A DNA stretch of 64,000 nt from positions 6,572,001-6,636,000 of the forward strand of contig OZ059900.1 of assembly GCA_964057225.1 (NCBI GenBank), written 5' to 3'. Numbering within the stretch: the stretch's first letter is position 1; each line of letters begins with the position of its first letter. This DNA is from Auanema rhodensis (Eukaryota > Animalia > Nematoda). Below, in pieces: positions 31,501 to 41,213 of the stretch. The position numbers were made by a program, and so were the translations under genes. The notes beneath the pieces were generated by a model. It did no database searches, had not been told where the DNA came from, and was given only the letters and a program-made list of their open reading frames with translations.

Positions 31501-34500
31501 TCTTTTTTTAACAGAGAAAGGCAACTAGTTCATAAAAATTCCATACAATATCAACAAATGAAACAAAAACTTACGCAGCGAGCAGGGTTCGAACCTACGC
31601 GGGCATTGCCCATTGGATTTCAAGTCCAACTCCTTAACCACTCGGACATCGCTGCTTATTTCAAGTAATCTTTTTTTAATGGAGAAAGGCAACTAGTTCA
31701 TAAAAATTCCATACAATATCAACAAATGAAACAGAAACTTACGCAGCGAGCAGGGTTCGAACCTACGCGGGCAATGCCCATTGGATTTCAAGTCCAACTC
31801 CTTAACCACTCGGACATCGCTGCTTATTTCAAGCAATCCTTTTTTAATAGAGAAAGGCAACTAGTTCATGAAAATTCCATACAATATCAACAAATGAAAC
31901 AGAAACTTACGCAGCGAGCAGGGTTCGAACCTACGCGGGCAATGCCCATTGGATTTCAAGTCCAACTCCTTAACCACTCGGACATCGCTGCTTATTTCAA
32001 GCAATCCTTTTTTAATAGAGAAAGGCAACTAGTTCATAAAAATTCCATACAATATCAACAAATGAAACAAAAACTTACGCAGCGAGCAGGGTTCGAACCT
32101 ACGCGGGCAATGCCCATTGGATTTCAAGTCCAACTCCTTAACCACTCGGACATCGCTGCTTATTTCAAGCAATCTTTTTTTAATGGAGAAAGGCAACTAG
32201 TTCATAAAAATTCCATACAATATCAACAAATGAAACAAAAACTTACGCAGCGAGCAGGGTTCGAACCTACGCGGGCAATGCCCATTGGATTTCAAGTCCA
32301 ACTCCTTAACCACTCGGACATCGCTGCTTATTTCAAGCAATCTTTTTTTAATAGAGAAAGGCAACTAGTTCATAAAAATTCCATACAATATCAACAAATG
32401 AAACAAAAACTTACGCAGCGAGCAGGGTTCGAACCTACGCGGGCAATGCCCATTGGATTTCAAGTCCAACTCCTTAACCACTCGGACATCGCTGCTTATT
32501 TCAAGCAATCCTTTTTTAATAGAGAAAGGCAACTAGTTCATGAAAATTCCATACAATATCAACAAATGAAACAAAAACTTACGCAGCGAGCAGGGTTCGA
32601 ACCTACGCGGGCAATGCCCATTGGATTTCAAGTCCAACTCCTTAACCACTCGGACATCGCTGCTTATTTCAAGCAATCTTTTTTTAACAGAGAAAGGCAA
32701 CTAGTTCATAAAAATTCCATACAATATCAACAAATGAAACAAAAACTTACGCAGCGAGCAGGGTTCGAACCTACGCGGGCAATGCCCATTGGATTTCAAG
32801 TCCAACTCCTTAACCACTCGGACATCGCTGCTTATTTCAAGCAATCCTTTTTTAATAGAGAAAGGCAACTAGTTCATAAAAATTCCATACAATATCAACA
32901 AATGAAACAAAAACTTACGCAGCGAGCAGGGTTCGAACCTACGCGGGCAATGCCCATTGGATTTCAAGTCCAACTCCTTAACCACTCGGACATCGCTGCT
33001 TATTTCAAGCAATCTTTTTTTAATGGAGAAAGGCAACTAGTTCATAAAAATTCCATACAATATCAACAAATGAAACAAAAACTTACGCAGCGAGCAGGGT
33101 TCGAACCTACGCGGGCAATGCCCATTGGATTTCAAGTCCAACTCCTTAACCACTCGGACATCGCTGCTTATTTCAAGCAATCTTTTTTTAATAGAGAAAG
33201 GCAACTAGTTCATAAAAATTCCATACAATATCAACAAATGAAACAAAAACTTACGCAGCGAGCAGGGTTCGAACCTACGCGGGCAATGCCCATTGGATTT
33301 CAAGTCCAACTCCTTAACCACTCGGACATCGCTGCTTATTTCAAGCAATCCTTTTTTAATAGAGAAAGGCAACTAGTTCATGAAAATTCCATACAATATC
33401 AACAAATGAAACAAAAACTTACGCAGCGAGCAGGGTTCGAACCTACGCGGGCAATGCCCATTGGATTTCAAGTCCAACTCCTTAACCACTCGGACATCGC
33501 TGCTTATTTCAAGCAATCTTTTTTTAACAGAGAAAGGCAACTAGTTCATAAAAATTCCATACAATATCAACAAATGAAACAAAAACTTACGCAGCGAGCA
33601 GGGTTCGAACCTACGCGGGCAATGCCCATTGGATTTCAAGTCCAACTCCTTAACCACTCGGACATCGCTGCTTATTTCAAGCAATCTTTTTTTAACAGAG
33701 AAAGGCAACTAGTTCATAAAAATTCCATACAATATCAACAAATGAAACAAAAACTTACGCAGCGAGCAGGGTTCGAACCTACGCGGGCAATGCCCATTGG
33801 ATTTCAAGTCCAACTCCTTAACCACTCGGACATCGCTGCTTATTTCAAGCAATCTTTTTTTAACAGAGAAAGGCAACTAGTTCATGAAAATTCCATACAA
33901 TATCAACAAATGAAACAAAAACTTACGCAGCGAGCAGGGTTCGAACCTACGCGGGCAATGCCCATTGGATTTCAAGTCCAACTCCTTAACCACTCGGACA
34001 TCGCTGCTTATTTCAAGCAATCTTTTTTTAACAGAGAAAGGCAACTAGTTCATAAAAATTCCATACAATATCAACAAATGAAACAAAAACTTACGCAGCG
34101 AGCAGGGTTCGAACCTACGCGGGCAATGCCCATTGGATTTCAAGTCCAACTCCTTAACCACTCGGACATCGCTGCTTATTTCAAGCAATCTTTTTTTAAC
34201 AGAGAAAGGCAACTAGTTCATGAAAATTCCATACAATATCAACAAATGAAACAAAAACTTACGCAGCGAGCAGGGTTCGAACCTACGCGGGCAATGCCCA
34301 TTGGATTTCAAGTCCAACTCCTTAACCACTCGGACATCGCTGCTTATTTCAAGCAATCTTTTTTTAACAGAGAAAGGCAACTAGTTCATGAAAATTCCAT
34401 ACAATATCAACAAATAAAACAAAAACTTACGCAGCGAGCAGGGTTCGAACCTACGCGGGCAATGCCCATTGGATTTCAAGTCCAACTCCTTAACCACTCG

Positions 34501-35269
34501 GACATCGCTGCTTATTTCAAGCAATCTTTTTTTAACAGAGAAAGGCAACTAGTTCATGAAAATTCCATACAATATCAACAAATGAAACAAAAACTTACGC
34601 AGCGAGCAGGGTTCGAACCTACGCGGGCAATGCCCATTGGATTTCAAGTCCAACTCCTTAACCACTCGGACATCGCTGCTTATTTCAAGCAATCCTTTTT
34701 TAATAGAGAAAGGCAACTAGTTCATAAAAATTCCATACAATATCAACAAATGAAACAAAAACTTACGCAGCGAGCAGGGTTCGAACCTACGCGGGCAATG
34801 CCCATTGGATTTCAAGTCCAACTCCTTAACCACTCGGACATCGCTGCTTATTTCAAGCAATCTTTTTTTAACAGAGAAAGGCAACTAGTTCATAAAAATT
34901 CCATACAATATCAACAAATGAAACAAAAACTTACGCAGCGAGCAGGGTTCGAACCTACGCGGGCAATGCCCATTGGATTTCAAGTCCAACTCCTTAACCA
35001 CTCGGACATCGTTGCTTATTTCAAGCAATCTTTTTTTAACAGAGAAAGGCAACTAGTTCATAAAAATTCCATACAATATCAACAAATGAAACAAAAACTT
35101 ACGCAGCGAGCAGGGTTCGAACCTACGCGGGCAATGCCCATTGGATTTCAAGTCCAACTCCTTAACCACTCGGACATCGCTGCTTATTTCAAGCAATCTT
35201 TTTTTAACAGAGAAAGGCAATCAGTTCATAAAAATTCTATACAATATCAACAAATGAAACAAAAACTTA

Positions 35270-35351
35270 CGCAGCGAGCAGGGTTCGAACCTACGCGGGC
35301 AATGCCCATTGGATTTCAAGTCCAACTCTTTAACCACTCGGACATCGCTGC
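35270..35351 (-). tRNA. tRNA-Ser(TGA), last copy of the array, with a D-stem substitution
   Basis: Same cloverleaf; ctcttta instead of ctcctta near 35329. Confidence 0.88.
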
Positions 35352-35421
35352 TTATTTCAAGCAATCTTTTTTTAACAGAGAAAGGCAACTAGTTCATAAA
35401 AATTCCATACAGTATAAAAAA

Positions 35422-35877
35422 TGTTACATACATGTCTCAATCATTTCAGCAGCACTCCAACTCCTCTTTATCACAATTATCACACTCATTGAAGCCAGCT
35501 GACCATGTCAACTGCTATCATAAAACTAGTGCAGATAGTTTTTAAGACACTCTGAGAACTTTCTAGATATGAACTTTTTATACGCAGTGTAACATTTTGT
35601 ATAAATTGAGTAGGAGTCGTATGGATATATAAGCCTGAGTCTGGAAGACACAGGTATCTCATTCTCATCTCTTTTTCTTAGCTCTTCTCTTTTTTAAATA
35701 TTTATTTCATAACTTCAATAATGTAAAGAATAAACTTTTATATCTCTTATTCTCTCATTTCATATTTCACAATACAGCACACTCTATAATATACGCTCAT
35801 TTATAAATCTATACTCATTCTCTCATAGTATGTTTGGGCTTCCTTGACTTGGAACCATCGGGGATCCAAATGGAACA
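35422..35877 (+). repeat. 5' LTR (456 bp)
   Basis: Starts TGTTAC and ends GGAACA; TATATAA at 35626-35632 and AATAAA at 35729-35734; repeated at 37901-38323. Confidence 0.9.
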
Positions 35878-35895
35878 TGGAGGTTGCACCGAGAT
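35878..35895 (+). promoter_or_regulatory. Primer-binding site complementary to the 3' end of tRNA-Gln
   Basis: TGGAGGTTGCACCGAGAT directly after the LTR's CA. Its reverse complement ATCTCGGTGCAACCTCCA matches the conserved eukaryotic tRNA-Gln 3' end (ATCTCGGTGGAACCT-CCA) at 17/18. Confidence 0.85.
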
Positions 35896-36644
35896 ACTTC
35901 CTTTTGGATAGGATCTCATAAACTTAAGCGCTAGTTTCCACAACTCTTATTCATTTCGAATTCTTATCTCTTTCAAAAGTTCTGCTTATAATAGTTTTAA
36001 ACAAAAGTTCGATTAAACTCTAAAAATTTTAATAAAAAATTTTTTATCCAAACTCTTTAAAAAGCTAAAAGAAAAATTCAAACCATTTCCTTATATACTT
36101 CTATTTTCATTCAACTCCATTAAAAGAACAATTCATTTATCGTTTTTGCAGTCATTATCTTCATTTGTTTTTATGAATCTATTATACTTCTTCATTGTAC
36201 TCACATGATATTACCTAGTTATCTTTTTCTTATTACTTTCAAAATTCAAAATTTTAATGAATATATAAAAACATTATTCAAATTCAGTGAATAAATTTTC
36301 AAAATAAAATTATAAGGTTATCTTCATATTTTTTGAACAAAATGGTTAATTTTCTTTATAAAAGTATTTTTGAATTAAGGAATAAAAAGGAATATTGCTT
36401 TATATACCTCTCTATCTTAATCATTTTATCATACCGCTGACCCGATTTATAATAACGCAATAAGCGAAGAAAGATCATCAAAAACAAAAATTAAGTACAG
36501 AGAGGAAACACACCCAATCCCTCAACCAACACCATACCGAATACAATTAATCCAATTAATCCCTTAATAGCCACCACTAGAAGAAGCAATACATCAAATA
36601 CACAAAACTTACCTACGCCCGCACTTCCTTCAATCACACCCGCA

Positions 36645-37949
36645 GTGAGCTCATCCCCACCCATACGAAATTCACCTTTATCCAGTGATCATTCCACTTT
36701 TGGGCATTCTCTATCTCCATCTTTTCAATTGCAAACTAATCAAGCAAATACTTTTGTTGCAGAAAACGAGAGAATTAACCCAATGGACCCAATGGATGAA
36801 GGCGCGCCACTTACGCAAACCTCGGGAAAGTCACCAGTTCCAACACCTTCGATCCCCCAACCAGCAGCGATTCCAAGAGCCATACGCGATATAAAAGCTC
36901 CACGTTTCGATGGAAAAATACAATTCCACCGCTTTCTTCTAAACCTAGACGAATATTTCAATGCTACAAGAACAACTATGCCTGAACGTCTTCAAAGCAT
37001 ACCATTATTACTAGAAGAGGAACGAGCAAGAGAAGCATACAGAAAACTCACAACCGAAGATAAGCGACTTGGATGGGACCATGTCAAGAAGCGACTCTCA
37101 GAAATAATCACACCGAAAAAACAAAGAGAACGAGCAATGCACCGCCTACATGGCTTGAAACAATTACCAACGGAATCGGTACAAAGCTTTGCAACAAGAT
37201 GTTCTAACGAAGCCTACTCGGCTATGGACATGAACAACGAAAGTGAGCTTAACATGCTCCGATCCATCTTTACCTGGGGACTAAGACCCGAAATAAGCGA
37301 ACACGTTAGCGGTCTAGATCCATCAAATTTTGAGGAAGCTTATGAATTGGCCTTACGAAAAGAACTCTCTATACAAAATAGACCATCATCGTTTGTCAAC
37401 AATATGGAGAAGTCGTTCAATAACCTCAACATTCGAGACTCAAAGGACAACAACCAGTACAAGAGAAACGAATCTAAAGATTTCAAGGGAACCAAACCGA
37501 TATATAATGGCAAACCACACAACCAATATCCGGACAGGTATAACAATCAATATCGGCCTCATCAACACCAATACAGTAATAATAACTCACGATTCTCTCA
37601 AAATAAGGGATCAAGAGAACATCACTTCGCCAGATCACGGAACAGAAGCCAGGAAAGATCATACTATCGAAACCGCGACCAAAACTATAGCGGACACAAC
37701 AACCGGCGACAATCAAATAATCACGAACAATACCCCTCTCAATACAATGGAAGCCAATACAACAATTATGGAAGTCGCCCGCGCAGCCCCTCCAATGGAC
37801 CAAAATGGTATAGAGAACGCACACAGAGCCCAGGAGTACGTTTTCAAGTCAACAACGTCACGGAAAACGAAGTACCAAACAACAAAAGAAGATCAGCACT
37901 ACTCCAACTCCTCTTTATCACAATTATCACACTCATTGAAGCCAGCTGA
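36645..37949 (+). CDS. gag: Ty3/Gypsy-type Gag (capsid) ORF, probably 5'-degraded, reading into the 3' LTR
   Basis: Capsid motifs PRFDG, W..VK..L, LKQLPTESVQSFATR (MHR-like), FTWGLRPEI and FEEAYELA, then an N/Q/R/Y-rich tail ending RSPS..SPGVRF. The frame is open from 36495 and the first in-frame ATG is at 36783. An upstream ATA-CCG-CTG-ACC-CGA (36431) resembles a mutated MPLTR start, followed by a stop and a frameshift. Confidence 0.85.
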   Translation: MSSSPPIRNSPLSSDHSTFGHSLSPSFQLQTNQANTFVAENERINPMDPMDEGAPLTQTSGKSPVPTPSIPQPAAIPRAIRDIKAPRFDGKIQFHRFLLNLDEYFNATRTTMPERLQSIPLLLEEERAREAYRKLTTEDKRLGWDHVKKRLSEIITPKKQRERAMHRLHGLKQLPTESVQSFATRCSNEAYSAMDMNNESELNMLRSIFTWGLRPEISEHVSGLDPSNFEEAYELALRKELSIQNRPSSFVNNMEKSFNNLNIRDSKDNNQYKRNESKDFKGTKPIYNGKPHNQYPDRYNNQYRPHQHQYSNNNSRFSQNKGSREHHFARSRNRSQERSYYRNRDQNYSGHNNRRQSNNHEQYPSQYNGSQYNNYGSRPRSPSNGPKWYRERTQSPGVRFQVNNVTENEVPNNKRRSALLQLLFITIITLIEAS

Positions 37950-38324
37950 CCATGTCAACTGCTATCATAAAACTAGTGCAGATAGTTTTTAAGACACTCT
38001 GAGAACTTTCTAGATATGAACTTTTTATACGCAGTGTAACATTTTGTGTAAATTGAGTAGGAGTCGTATGGATATATAAGCCTGAGTCTGGAAGACACAG
38101 GCATCTCATTCTCATCTCTTTTTCTTAGCTCTTCTCTTTTTTAAATATTCATTTCATAACTTCAATAATGTAAAGAATAAACTTTTATATCTCTTATTCT
38201 CTCATTTCATATTTCACAATACAGCACACTCTATAATATACGCTCATTTATAAATCTATACTCATTCTCTCATAGTATGTTTGGACTTCCTTGACTTGGA
38301 ACCATCGGGGATCCAAATGGAACG
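37893..38324 (+). repeat. 3' LTR lacking its first ~25-32 bp
   Basis: tcagca(ct)actccaactcc matches 5' LTR tcagca(gc)actccaactcc; ends GGAACG versus GGAACA. Confidence 0.88.
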
Positions 38325-38344
38325 ACAAGTAAAACAATAACTTA

Positions 38345-38418
38345 CGCAGCGAGCAGGATTCGAGCCTACGCAGGCAACGCTCATTGGATTTCGAGTCCAA
38401 CATTTTAACCACTCGAAC
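38345..38418 (-). pseudogene. 5'-truncated, degenerate tRNA-Ser(CGA) with a TGA-array-type 3' flank
   Basis: CGA-type body (ggatttcgagtcc, gcaggcaacg) missing its first 8 nt; the adjacent acaagtaaaacaataactta matches the TGA spacer acaaatgaaacaaaaactta. Confidence 0.85.
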
Positions 38419-38699
38419 GATAAAAAATATCGTAACGTATCGATATTCGAGAACCACTTTTTCAAAATAGAGAATATAATTTAGGTTCCATATGTGGAAT
38501 ATTCTCAGATGAAGTTGGAAGAAGTTTAATAACTCCTAATTCAACATCATTTTGTTCCTGAGTAAGAGGTTTAAATGTGGAAAAAGAAGATATGTAAGGA
38601 ATAGTATTAGACCAGGAATTATATCGATATTGATGGAATCCTATGCGTATACAACAAACAAAGGATGCAAAATAAACAACAAAGTGGCAAAAACAATGA

Positions 38700-39360
38700 C
38701 CACATGACAAGATGAGGTGTGCAATGTGGGTTTCCAAGCAAATGTATGGATGAAAACTTTGCCTCTTCCCTTACTACAGGATTTGCAGATGCGAAGGGTA
38801 AACATATCGATAATGTTCTCGAAATTAGGATTGCAGATGCAAATGCTGATTTGATATTTTTATGCGAAGCGTATGTGATATGATCTCGTAAAGGCTACAT
38901 TGCCCAAATTAATCATTGATTTTCGATGTGCTCATATGGGATCTTATGTTCATACTTGTGAAAATATGAATCAATTGAACCATATAATTATCCAACACAA
39001 TCCAAATGTGTTCGGTCTTCCGCACATATATGACGTTGTTTGACATTTTGAGAAAACCCTCGTTTTTTCTACAAATTAGAACATGTACCTGGTTTGGACG
39101 ACATATTTGAAGTATTCAAATGTGAAGATTGGACAACATCTTCAGCACATATTGTTAATGATAAAAATATATATAATATCACAACTCCAAGATGTTTGAA
39201 AATGAATTACTCTTTTTTCAATATGACGATCGATACACAGGATATCGAGTGTACTTGTACTAAAATCAATGATGATGTTACTGGATGTGTATGTCCAGAA
39301 CATAATCAATGCGGATGCACTTTGTCCACAGTAATAGCATCCCGAGAGACTTATCAATAG
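38700..39360 (+). pseudogene. Phlebovirus Gc (G2)-like class II fusion glycoprotein/env pseudogene, as carried by nematode BEL/Pao elements
   Basis: Manual translation across stops and frameshifts gives, in collinear order, LEIRI..LIFLCEAYVI*SR, IDFRCAHMGSYVHTC (38915-38959), ESIEPYNYPTQSKCVRSSAHI*RC, RFFYKLEHVPGLDDIFEVFKCEDW (39061-39132) and IECTCTKINDDVTGCVCPEHN. These match the Gc pattern RCxHMGSC...NxxPxxxxC...CLFYR..P....YEIFxCxxW...CxC..CxC. Confidence 0.8.
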
Positions 39361-39880
39361 AAGACGACAAGGTAGAACACATGAAAACGTAAAACAGTTA
39401 TATAATCAGAATCAATAACAACTGTAGTTTCATCAGCTTGGGTACGAAATGTTAAGGGTTTATGGAGTTTATGGAGTTTATAGATTATTTCTGTATTTGA
39501 CATATGAGCAGGTAAAAAATGAGAGAAATGCGTAACATTATGTTCTGGACAAACACATCTAGTAACATCATTATTGATTTTGGTACAAGTACAATCGATA
39601 ACTGTTGTACATCTTGGAAAACTGTCAGAAGTATCTGCTCGTGTTGTACTTTGTACCATGAATGGAAAATTTGGTTTAAAAGCAAAGATTTGATTGTTCG
39701 ATGCAACAAAATCTTTTTTAACATTCAAACCTCTTACTCAGGAACAAAATGATATTGAATTAGGAGTTATTAAACTTCCTCCAACTTCATCTGAGAATAT
39801 TCCACATATGGAACCTAAATTATATTCTCCATTTTGAAAAAGTGGTTTTCGAATATCGATACGTTACAATATTTTTTATC
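39354..39880 (-). pseudogene. Second, inverted and differently deleted copy of the Gc-like env remnant
   Basis: Translation FVASNNQIFAF..MVQSTTRADTSDSFPRCTTVIDCTCTKINNDVTRCVCPEHNVTHFSHFLP fits the later Gc motif C.C...C.C..N....LP. 39721-39880 is the reverse complement of 38419-38578, and 39537-39600 of 39243-39306. Confidence 0.7.
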
Positions 39881-39954
39881 GTTCGAGTGGTTAAAGTGTT
39901 AGACTCAAAATCCAATGGGCGTTGCCTGCGTAGGTTCGAATCCTGCTCGCTGCG
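39881..39954 (+). pseudogene. 5'-truncated tRNA-Ser pseudogene with CAA anticodon
   Basis: gttcgagtggttaaagtgttagactcaaaatcc: first 8 nt missing, D and anticodon stems mutated, loop CTCAAAA. Confidence 0.85.
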
Positions 39955-40812
39955 TAATTTTTTGGGTTCTTCCAGATTTTTCTGAGAAAGCATTTTCAAA
40001 TGCCTGTATTTTTCTTCTGAAAATGAATTTGCTGAAATAAGCAGCGATGTCCGAGTGGTTAAGGAGTTGGACTCGAAATCCAATGGGCGTTGCCTGCGTA
40101 GGTTCGAATCCTGCTCGCTGCGTAATTTTTTGGGTTCTTCCAGATTTTTTTGAGAAATATTTTCAAATGCCTGTATTTTTCTTCTGAAAATGAATTTGCT
40201 GAAATAAGCAGCGATGTCCGAGTGGTTAAGGAGTTGGACTCGAAATCCAATGGGCGTTGCCTGCGTAGGTTCGAATCCTGCTCGCTGCGAAATTTTTTGG
40301 GTTCTTCCAGATTTTTTTGAGCAACATTTTCAAAAGCCTGTATTATTCTTCTGAAACGGAATTAGCTGAAATGAGCAGCGATGTCCGAGTGGTTAAGGAG
40401 TTGGACTCGAAATCCAATGGGCGTTGCCTGCGTACGTTCGAATCCTGCTCGCTGCGAAATTTTTTGGGTTCTTCCAGATTTTTCTGAGAAAGCATTTTCA
40501 AATGCCTGTATTATTCTTCTGAAACGGAATTAGCTGAAATGAGCAGCGATGTCCGAGTGGTTAAGGAGTTGGACTCGAAATCCAATGGGCGTTGCCTGCG
40601 TAGGTTCGAATCCTGCTCGCTGCGAAATTTTTTGGGTTCTTCCAGATTTTTTTGAGCAACATTTTCAAAAGCCTGTATTATTCTTCTGAAACGGAATTAG
40701 CTGAAATGAGCAGCGATGTCCGAGTGGTTAAGGAGTTGGACTCGAAATCCAATGGGCGTTGCCTGCGTAGGTTCGAATCCTGCTCGCTGCGTAATTTTTT
40801 GGGTTCTTCCAG
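39955..40812 (+). repeat. tRNA-Ser(CGA) array block 1, 5 copies
   Basis: Genes start at 40041, 40208, 40375, 40543 and 40710. Confidence 0.95.
40041..40122 (+). tRNA. tRNA-Ser(CGA), representative copy
   Basis: GCAGCGATGTCCGAGTGGTTAAGGAGTTGGACTCGAAATCCAATGGGCGTTGCCTGCGTAGGTTCGAATCCTGCTCGCTGCG; anticodon CGA, long variable arm, followed by a T6 terminator. Confidence 0.97.
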
Positions 40813-41213
40813 AGTTATCGATTGTACTTGTACCAAAATCAATAATGATGTTACTAGATGTGTTTGTCCAGAACATAATGTTACGCATTTCTCTCATTTT
40901 TTACCTGCTCATATGTCAAATACAGAAATAATCTATAAACTCCATAAACTCCATAAACCCTTAACATTTCGTACCCAAGCTGATGAAACTACAGTTGTTA
41001 TTGATTCTGATTATATAACTGTTTTACGTTTTCATGTGTTCTACCTTGTCGTCTTCTATTGATAAGTCTCTCGGGATGCTATTACTGTGGACAAAGTGCA
41101 TCCGCATTGATTATGTTCTGGACCTACACATCCAGTAACATCATCATTGATTTTAGTACAAGTACACTCGATATCCTGTGTATCGATCGTCATATTGAAA
41201 AAAGAGTAATTCA
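40813..41213. repeat. Duplicated env-remnant fragment (reverse complement of 39203-39603)
   Basis: Direct sequence match; also repeated at 44237-44637. Confidence 0.92.

Larger units (their letters stand above)
1..35421 (-). repeat. Tandem array of tRNA-Ser(TGA) genes, 168-bp unit (82-bp tRNA + 86-bp spacer), 210 complete copies plus 1 partial; continues past the window start
   Basis: First full gene 150-231, last 35270-35351. The 35120-bp distance equals 209x168 plus a net 8 bp (nine 1-bp insertions giving gttcaatg, one 1-bp deletion near 5991). Units are nearly identical, with variants concentrated in the spacer. Confidence 0.98.
35422..38324 (+). mobile_element. Non-autonomous or internally deleted Ty3/Gypsy-like LTR retrotransposon (LTR-PBS-gag-LTR, no pol)
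   Basis: Direct repeats 35454-35876 and 37901-38323 differ at about 4 positions. The 5' LTR has TGTT...AACA termini and is immediately followed by a PBS; a capsid-type gag lies inside. The array spacer resumes on both sides with a degenerate 4-5-bp overlap (aaaa / acaa), consistent with a TSD. Confidence 0.9.

Noticed and set aside
14-35502. Giant repetitive ORFs up to 2275 aa (56-aa repeat)
   Set aside because: They are antisense to the tRNA genes. 168 bp is a multiple of 3 with one stop-free frame, and frameshifts and stops spread freely; the cloverleaf fully explains the conservation.
36685-38115. Alternative-frame and antisense ORFs over gag and the LTR (e.g. 37330-37992)
   Set aside because: No recognisable domain and no protease motif; shadow frames of A-rich gag.
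35422-39880. Single enveloped retrovirus comprising both gag and env
   Set aside because: The env lies outside the LTR pair, is separated from it by a tRNA remnant and is far more decayed; treated as a separate, older insertion unless intact copies show otherwise.
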